Assembly (NCBI GenBank): GCA_018623405.1
Contig: JAAZVO010000001.1
Span: forward strand, 1-32,198
From: Crocinitomicaceae bacterium
GTDB taxonomy: Bacteria > Bacteroidota > Bacteroidia > Flavobacteriales_G > Salibacteraceae
Direction: 5' to 3'
DNA length: 32,198 nt
Shown here in pieces: positions 26,320 through 32,198 of this stretch (position 1 is the stretch's first letter; each line of letters begins with the position of its first letter). Made by a program: the position numbers and the translations under genes. The notes beneath the pieces were generated by a model, which was not told the DNA's origin, did no database searches, and saw nothing but the letters and a program-made list of their open reading frames with translations.

Positions 26320-27474
26320 ATGAAACGAATATTCATTTTTATAGCAATAATTTCATCCTTGTCAATTCGTGCGCAAGAAAAAGTAATGACTTATGAAAAA
26401 GGATTTGAATTAGAGGTGTTGTATGACGTTGATAAATCTGCTGTAGAGAATCAATATAGGTCTAGCACCTGTTGGAGTTTTTCTTCCAATTCTTTTTTAG
26501 AATCTGAATTGCTTAGAATGGGAAAAGACCCTGTGGATATTTCTGAGATGTTTATTGTTTGGAATACCTATCGCGATAAAGCCGAAAAGTACGTGAGAAT
26601 GCATGGTAATTTCAACTTTGGTCCGGGTGGGGCTTTTCACGATGTTTTTTACGTAGCTAAAAATTATGGTTTAATGCCTGAAGAGGCATATCCGGGATTG
26701 CTAAAAGGTGAGGAGTTTCCGGTACACATGGAAATGGATGACATGCTTAAAGCAATGGTAGATGTAGTTGTAAAAAATCCAAACAGAAAACTAACAAATG
26801 AATGGAAAGGTGCAGTAGAAGGAGTATTAGATGCTTACTTGGGCGAAAAACCCGATAAGTTCGATTACAAAGGCAAAACTGTTACGCCACGTCAATTTGC
26901 TGATAACCTAGGTGTAAACTGGGATGATTATGTTGAGATAGGCTCTTTCACTCATCATCCTTTTTACGAAAAGTTTATCATTGAAATTCCTGATAATTGG
27001 ATGTTAGATGAAATTTACAATGTGCCTCTAAATGAGCTACAAGAAATTATGGAGTATGCCCTTTCTAAAGGTTATTCGTTTGCTTGGGGCGCAGATGTTA
27101 GCGAGAGAGGTTTTTCATGGAAACACGGTGTAGCCATTGTGCCTGAAAATGATTGGAATTCTGATGAAAAAGAAATTGCAGACTCTTTATTAAGTAATCC
27201 TATCAAAAACAGAGAAATTACGCAAGAATACCGCCAACAAGAGTTTGATAACTACAATACTCAAGATGATCATGGAATGCATATTACAGGGTTGTGTAAA
27301 GATGAAAATGGCACTAAATATTACATCGTGAAAAATTCTTGGGGTATCAAAAACGATGCAGAGGGGTTTATTTATGCTTCTGAAGCGTATGTTTTGTTAA
27401 AAACCATTGATATTATGGTGCATAAAGATGCTATTCCTGAGAAGATAAAAAGGAAATTCCAAAACTTTAAATAA
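26320..27474 (+). CDS. pepC: Aminopeptidase C / bleomycin-hydrolase-like C1B cysteine peptidase with signal peptide
   Basis: Signal peptide MKRIFIFIAIISSLSIRAQ. Catalytic Q..C in QYRSSTCWSFSS, His in DDHGMHITG, Asn in VKNSWG. Confidence 0.88.
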   Translation: MKRIFIFIAIISSLSIRAQEKVMTYEKGFELEVLYDVDKSAVENQYRSSTCWSFSSNSFLESELLRMGKDPVDISEMFIVWNTYRDKAEKYVRMHGNFNFGPGGAFHDVFYVAKNYGLMPEEAYPGLLKGEEFPVHMEMDDMLKAMVDVVVKNPNRKLTNEWKGAVEGVLDAYLGEKPDKFDYKGKTVTPRQFADNLGVNWDDYVEIGSFTHHPFYEKFIIEIPDNWMLDEIYNVPLNELQEIMEYALSKGYSFAWGADVSERGFSWKHGVAIVPENDWNSDEKEIADSLLSNPIKNREITQEYRQQEFDNYNTQDDHGMHITGLCKDENGTKYYIVKNSWGIKNDAEGFIYASEAYVLLKTIDIMVHKDAIPEKIKRKFQNFK

Positions 27475-28256
27475 TGCCTCTTGGTGGTCTTTTTAGAAGA
27501 AAACTAAAGAGGAATGTTTTTTTTCATATTCCTAAAACAGGAGGATCTACTCTTATTGGTGCTTTAAAGGAGCAATACCAAATAAATGATCAAATTCCTA
27601 CCCATGTTACCAAAGTAATTGGTGACTTGGAAATTTTTCATGTTGATTTTAAAGATCTAGAAAGAAAGTTTGAAGGACGGTATATTTTAAAGAAAATAGA
27701 TAAATATCCTAAAACAAACTTCTATATGATTCTTAGAGAGCCGGCCTCAAGATTATTATCGGAATTTAATTTTCAATTCCATATTTTAAATGGAAAGAAT
27801 AAAAACCCTAGTGCTGCTATTTTAAAAAAGGTTGGTTTCAGGCCACAATCTTTTTCTGAATATATCAGATTACCTGAGGTTCAAAATTACCAATCTAAGT
27901 TTTTATTAGGTCGACCCTTGGCAGATCCAAGATTAGTTGAAGAGAAAGAGCTTCAATCTCTTTTAAACATATTAAATCAACCCAATATGTTTTTTGGAAT
28001 TACTGAGAGTTATTCATCTTTTTTAGGTCTTTTTCAAATTAACTCAGCAATGAAACTCCCAGAAAAATTGATTATGAGAAAGAAAACACCAAAACAGATG
28101 AACTTAAAAATTTCATCAAATGATCTAGATTATATCAAGGAAAACAATCAATTAGATTATGAATTATATGAATTTGGTTTAGGAAAATTGAAAAGCTATT
28201 CAAAACAACCAAATACTAATCATAAATTTATTGACCCTAATAATTTTACCGTTTAA
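27474..28256 (+). CDS. PAPS-dependent sulfotransferase (Sulfotransfer_2 / HS-O-sulfotransferase-like), copy 1
   Basis: 260 aa. 5'-PSB loop FFHIPKTGGSTL and 3'-PB motif LREPASRLLSEF. TAATG overlap with pepC. Confidence 0.8.
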   Translation: MPLGGLFRRKLKRNVFFHIPKTGGSTLIGALKEQYQINDQIPTHVTKVIGDLEIFHVDFKDLERKFEGRYILKKIDKYPKTNFYMILREPASRLLSEFNFQFHILNGKNKNPSAAILKKVGFRPQSFSEYIRLPEVQNYQSKFLLGRPLADPRLVEEKELQSLLNILNQPNMFFGITESYSSFLGLFQINSAMKLPEKLIMRKKTPKQMNLKISSNDLDYIKENNQLDYELYEFGLGKLKSYSKQPNTNHKFIDPNNFTV

Positions 28257-28999
28257 TGTTTAGCTTTTTTAGAAAGAACCTCTCTCCTGCACCAATTCCG
28301 GAGATTTATTTAGGGAAGTTATCGAAAAGTGATTTCGAAAAAAACTTTTTTGCCCAAAGGAAGCCTGCATTGATAAAAGGAGGAATCAAAGATTGGTCAA
28401 TATTTCGCAATTGGAGTATTGAATATATTTCGAAAATGGCAGGAAATGAACCATGCACTATAGTTAATGATTCAAGGCCTGCTGCTTCAAAAAAGAGATC
28501 TACCCTGAAGCAATACTTTTTAGAGGAAAGAAACTCTGCAACTCTTTCCTTGACAGACTATAAAAAAGGGGCCAAACCAAAGTTTTTTAAAGACCTTGAA
28601 ATTCCTAATAAACTTTATGGGTTTAGTGACATTTATCGGTACTTCTTTTTCCATGCACCAATAGAATCGGGAACCTTGCCTCACAATCATGGAGATGCGT
28701 TCAATCACTTGGCATATGGAAAAAAATCATGGGTTTTGTTTGATGCTGATCCATTAAAAGATTTAAAAGGGTATGATTTATTAATGAATTTTAATAGAAA
28801 CTATCCTGTGGGTTCACATTCAAAAGATTGGTTTAAAAAGGAGGTTCCTAAATTGGGGAAATCGATTTCAAGCTATTTCCATTTTACTCAGGAACCAGGC
28901 GATATCGTTTATATTCCTCATAGGTTTGCTCATGCAGTTTTAAATTTTTCTGAAGTAATGGGAATTGTGATTGAAACAAAGAGATATGAAAGCAGGTAA
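28256..28999 (+). CDS. JmjC/cupin-8 Fe(II)/2-oxoglutarate-dependent oxygenase
   Basis: 247 aa. N-terminal F..QRKPALIKGGIKDW..W typical of JmjC-only proteins. Triad H145-G-D147 ... H226 (LPHNHGD, PGDIVYIPHRFAHAV) and 2OG Lys in YGKKSWVLF. Confidence 0.78.
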   Translation: MFSFFRKNLSPAPIPEIYLGKLSKSDFEKNFFAQRKPALIKGGIKDWSIFRNWSIEYISKMAGNEPCTIVNDSRPAASKKRSTLKQYFLEERNSATLSLTDYKKGAKPKFFKDLEIPNKLYGFSDIYRYFFFHAPIESGTLPHNHGDAFNHLAYGKKSWVLFDADPLKDLKGYDLLMNFNRNYPVGSHSKDWFKKEVPKLGKSISSYFHFTQEPGDIVYIPHRFAHAVLNFSEVMGIVIETKRYESR

Positions 29000-30092
29000 A
29001 GACAAGATTATTTTTATTCATATTCCTAAAACTGGAGGAACAACAATTAATACGGCCATGCAGGGTACTTATTGGCAAACTACCCCTGACTTTAATTATA
29101 GACATATAGATGGCAAAACAATGATCTCCAACACAGGGGATATTTTTAGACCATCATCTTTTGAAAAGTATAAAGATTTCAGGGTTTTTACCATGTTTCG
29201 AGATCCAGTAGATAGAATATTGTCTGAGTATTCGTTTATTAAAGAGAGACGGGATTTTATGAATTTACTAAAGCCCCAACCAAAGTCATTTGAAGAATAT
29301 GTGACGAATAGCCAAACTTCTAATGGAGTTTTAAAATTCTTACTAGGAAATAGAATGTATTCTACTATTAAACTAACAGAAGATGATCTGCAAAGAGTAA
29401 TTGATGCGATTCATGAGATTCCTATACATATCGGAATATTTGAAGAATTTGGCAAGTCACTTTCCTATTTTTCGGCTGTAACAGGAATTGATTGGGGAAA
29501 GAAAATAGAAGTAAAGAGAATTACCTTTAAAAGACCAAGAGTAAAAGATATTTCTGATGATATAAAACAAAAAATAATGGAAATGAATCCTCTTGATATT
29601 AAGTTATATCAAGCTGGTAAAGAGCTTTTCGAAAAAGAGGCAAGTGGTGTAAAATCAAATATTAAATTTTTGTCTGATAAATATAATCACGCTATTCCTT
29701 ATGCCTACAATTTTTGTTTTTTTGAGTATTGTATGGAGAATAAACTATTCATAAATCAAAACTTGGCCTTTTTCAAAACTATGACCCATTACTTGATAAA
29801 AGAAGAAAAGCTTAATGATGGGAGAGCATTTACTAAGTCTTGGATTCTTTCTTTTATGAGCCACTTTCAGCATCAATTTGGAAATACTAACACATTTAGG
29901 GAAATCCAAAAAATTATGAATCAAAAGTTAGAGCCCTTAGACTTGTTAGAGAACATAGCAGAAAGAATGGACCACTTATTTAAGAGCCAGGGTAAAGCTG
30001 AATTAAATAGAATAAAATTAAATTTTGAAAAGACATTAGTTCAAGTTCATAAACCTAGTCTTTCAGATAGGTTGGGTAAACTTTTTGGCTAA
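28986..30092 (+). CDS. PAPS-dependent sulfotransferase, copy 2, with an uncharacterised C-terminal extension of about 150 aa
   Basis: 5'-PSB IFIHIPKTGGTTI and 3'-PB FRDPVDRILSEY. The start is ATG at 28986 or 28971; both overlap the JmjC gene (14 or 29 nt). Confidence 0.8.
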   Translation: MKAGKDKIIFIHIPKTGGTTINTAMQGTYWQTTPDFNYRHIDGKTMISNTGDIFRPSSFEKYKDFRVFTMFRDPVDRILSEYSFIKERRDFMNLLKPQPKSFEEYVTNSQTSNGVLKFLLGNRMYSTIKLTEDDLQRVIDAIHEIPIHIGIFEEFGKSLSYFSAVTGIDWGKKIEVKRITFKRPRVKDISDDIKQKIMEMNPLDIKLYQAGKELFEKEASGVKSNIKFLSDKYNHAIPYAYNFCFFEYCMENKLFINQNLAFFKTMTHYLIKEEKLNDGRAFTKSWILSFMSHFQHQFGNTNTFREIQKIMNQKLEPLDLLENIAERMDHLFKSQGKAELNRIKLNFEKTLVQVHKPSLSDRLGKLFG

Positions 30093-31531
30093 TAAACCAT
30101 TAGCCTCGGTTCTGTAATTTCTTCCATAGTATATTTTATCCCCTCTCTGCCTAAGCCGCTGTCTTTTACACCACCGTAGGGCATACTATCAATTCTAAAG
30201 CCCGGAATATTGTTGATCATTACGCCACCAACTTCTAATTCTTTATGTGCATATTTCATGTGGTCAACACGGTTGGTAAAAACACCAGCCTGAAGTCCAA
30301 AAACAGAATCATTAGTTTGGGCAATTGCATCTTCAAAACTTTTGGCTTTTTCAATGGTGGCTACCGGACCAAAAACTTCCATATCGCAAACCTTCATTCC
30401 TTTACCTGTATTGGTAAGTAGGGTTGGAGCATAAATATTATGTTCTTCATCTAAAATTTTTCCACCTGCTAAAACTTCAGCACCTTTTTCAACAGCTTCT
30501 TTTACCCAATCATCAATTCTATTTAAATGCGTTTTATCGATAATAGGGCCAACCGAATTTTTTAATTCCATGGGGTTTCCTGCTGCAACTGCATTTATTT
30601 CTGAGGTGAGCAAACTTTTAAACTCATCAAATACAGAATCTACCACCAAAATACGTTGAGTAGAAATACAAATCTGACCTGCATACAAAAAGGCACCTAT
30701 TGCCGTAAGTTTTGCAGCTTCTTTTAGGTTAGCGCTATCATCAACAATAACTGCAGCGTTGCCGCCTAACTCCAATGCTACTTTTTTCTTACCACAAATG
30801 GTTTTTAAATACCATCCCACTTGAGGGCTTCCGGTAAAAGAGAAAAACTTAAACCGGTCGTCTCGTACCATTTTTTCTGCTTCAGGAATATCGGCCACCA
30901 ACACGTTTACCACTCCTGCTGGATAACCTACTTCATCTACCAATTTTGCAAATGCAAGCGCAGTTAAAGGAGATTGTGGTGCAGGTTTAAGTGTAATTGA
31001 GCAACCTGCTGCTAGTGCCGGGGCAATTTTATGCAAGGCAAGGTTTAAAGGGAAATTAAATGGAGAAATTGCTGCAATTGGTCCAATTGGAAATCTTTTG
31101 GTAAAGGCTGTTTTACCTTCGCCATTGTTATAATCTAGAGGTACCATTTCGCCCGAAAATCTAATGGCTTCTCGTACTGCTGTTTCAAGTGTAACTATGC
31201 ATCTATCTACTTCTCCTTTGGCATAGCTTAAAGGTTTTCCCGCTTCGCAAGCAATTAACTCGGCAAAAGCTTCTTTTTTGCTTTCAAAAGCTTCTTTTAG
31301 CTTCATTAAGTATTCAGACCTTTTTCCTGCACTCCACTTCCTGATGATGTTAAATCCATCAACAGAAGATGCAATAGCTTCTTCCATTTGAGCTTCAGAA
31401 ACAAAAGGAACCTCACCTATAAGCGTGTTTTCATATTTATCGTAAACAGCTAGGTTTTTGCCGTTGCCCTCATTATAATAAGCGCCATTTATATAGTTTT
31501 CTAGGTTTAGAATATCTTGAAGTGTGGGCAT
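30089..31531 (-). CDS. NAD(P)+-dependent aldehyde dehydrogenase family protein
   Basis: 480 aa. FTGSPQVG, ELGGNAAVIV (catalytic Glu), AGQICISTQR (catalytic Cys), and EVFGPV. Its 3' end overlaps the sulfotransferase-2 stop by 4 nt. Confidence 0.92.
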   Translation of the reverse strand: MPTLQDILNLENYINGAYYNEGNGKNLAVYDKYENTLIGEVPFVSEAQMEEAIASSVDGFNIIRKWSAGKRSEYLMKLKEAFESKKEAFAELIACEAGKPLSYAKGEVDRCIVTLETAVREAIRFSGEMVPLDYNNGEGKTAFTKRFPIGPIAAISPFNFPLNLALHKIAPALAAGCSITLKPAPQSPLTALAFAKLVDEVGYPAGVVNVLVADIPEAEKMVRDDRFKFFSFTGSPQVGWYLKTICGKKKVALELGGNAAVIVDDSANLKEAAKLTAIGAFLYAGQICISTQRILVVDSVFDEFKSLLTSEINAVAAGNPMELKNSVGPIIDKTHLNRIDDWVKEAVEKGAEVLAGGKILDEEHNIYAPTLLTNTGKGMKVCDMEVFGPVATIEKAKSFEDAIAQTNDSVFGLQAGVFTNRVDHMKYAHKELEVGGVMINNIPGFRIDSMPYGGVKDSGLGREGIKYTMEEITEPRLMVY

Positions 31532-31545
31532 GGTAGAATTTTCCG

Positions 31546-31553
31546 CAAAGCTA
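31546..31553 (-). promoter_or_regulatory. Candidate -7 promoter box for the aldehyde dehydrogenase gene (minus strand)
   Basis: The minus strand reads TAGCTTTG (TAnnTTTG), 14 nt upstream of the ATG. Confidence 0.4.
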
Positions 31554-31579
31554 GATTTTACAAAGGATTTTTGAGCTTT

Positions 31580-32074
31580 TTACAGGGTTAATTTTCCTGA
31601 AAATTTTGTTCCGAATGAAATTTGAGTTTTAGATTCCTCAAATGCATCAAATGTTTGGCAAATTGATTTGTTTGGCCAATGTAATTCTGCTGTTTTTTGG
31701 GATGAGTTATAAATTGCAGTGTAAAAGGTTTCAAAAGATTTTTCGAACTTTTGACTGTAAAGTGGTTTGGCCAAAAACTTCCTAATTAGCTCTTCTTTAG
31801 TTTCTGATTGATTGTATAAACAAGTTTCGAGGTAGGCTAGTCTTTCGCGAGTTTCTGTAAGTTCGGCATAGTCTTCCCATTCTACTTGGCCTTGGTGGTT
31901 TGTACCTATGGGGTAATCTAAAACTTCTGTTTCCCTATCAGGCGCAACAAATAAAGTAACATACCTTCCTGTGGAATCTAAAACCGTTATGTTGTAACTC
32001 ATGTGTGAGGGTACTTTTTGAAATACCTTAATTACCTCGCTTACATTGCTGCAGGTTTCTGATGCATAACGCAT
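31580..32074 (-). CDS. Short ORF resembling only the C-terminal lobe of C45-type Ntn acyltransferase/peptidases; possibly a truncated gene remnant
   Basis: 164 aa. MRYASETCSNVSEVIKVFQKVPSHMSYNITVLDSTGRYVTLFVAPD resembles the mid-to-C-terminal region of C45 family proteins, which are normally over 300 aa (from memory). An in-frame stop lies 8 codons upstream of the Met. Confidence 0.35.
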   Translation of the reverse strand: MRYASETCSNVSEVIKVFQKVPSHMSYNITVLDSTGRYVTLFVAPDRETEVLDYPIGTNHQGQVEWEDYAELTETRERLAYLETCLYNQSETKEELIRKFLAKPLYSQKFEKSFETFYTAIYNSSQKTAELHWPNKSICQTFDAFEESKTQISFGTKFSGKLTL

Positions 32075-32198
32075 AATTAATGGAATTAAAGTTTGGATTT
32101 ATAAATGTGAAGTTTTTGCAAGAGAATTTAGTCAAGAAACTAACAAAGTAATCCCAAAAGAAGGTAAAGAATAATGCTTCAACCAGTTAGAACTAGAT

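Noticed and set aside
7860-28256. TAATG/ATGA stop-start overlaps, considered as evidence that the sulfotransferase cassette is specially coupled.
   Set aside because: The same overlaps occur throughout the window (7279, 7860, 11980, 13371, 20090, 22527, 24422, 24769). They are a genome-wide style. They support co-transcription but do not make the cassette distinctive.
32102-32198. Short minus-strand reading frame entering from the right edge (...SSSNWLKHYSLPSFGITLLVS, stop at 32132-32134).
   Set aside because: Only about 21 codons are visible, which is too little to call a gene or assign a family. It is noted only in the context of the C45-like fragment.

Overview
AT-rich chromosomal segment (about 35-40% GC by rough hand counts). 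It looks like Bacteroidota, probably Flavobacteriia: several genes have TAnnTTTG -7 promoter boxes, no obvious Shine-Dalgarno sites, frequent TAATG/ATGA stop-start overlaps, and lipoprotein or outer-membrane signals. About 37 genes, nearly all on the + strand. I saw no rRNA, tRNA, CRISPR array, IS element or integrase.

Layout:
1. 1-2.5 kb: gdhA (5' end outside the window) and kbl.
2. 2.5-14.4 kb: a sulfide detoxification/respiration island. It holds a Crp/Fnr-family regulator, a Nudix-like regulator, a TauE exporter, a CstB-like persulfide dioxygenase-rhodanese fusion, a tandem Usp, a split YeeE/YedE pair interrupted by a His-rich porin-like protein, an antisense SAM methyltransferase, and a type II sulfide:quinone oxidoreductase in one tight gene string with a small membrane protein and cydAB. 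Two CRP-type boxes (TGTGA-N6-TCAC) sit at nearly the same distance from -7 boxes in front of tauE and sqr.
3. 14.5-18.6 kb: the conserved translation cluster rplM-rpsI-rpsB-tsf-pyrH-frr, with an unusually GC-rich rpsI-rpsB spacer.
4. 18.7-27.5 kb: mixed housekeeping genes.
5. 27.5-30.1 kb: a low-GC three-gene cassette (PAPS-type sulfotransferase, JmjC/cupin Fe(II)/2OG oxygenase, second sulfotransferase) translationally coupled to a signal-peptide aminopeptidase C gene.

The cassette in block 5 has no assignable substrate and is my best candidate for an undescribed system. The Crp-box-controlled sqr-cydAB module is second. All calls come from reading the translations and sequence by eye; no database search was run.
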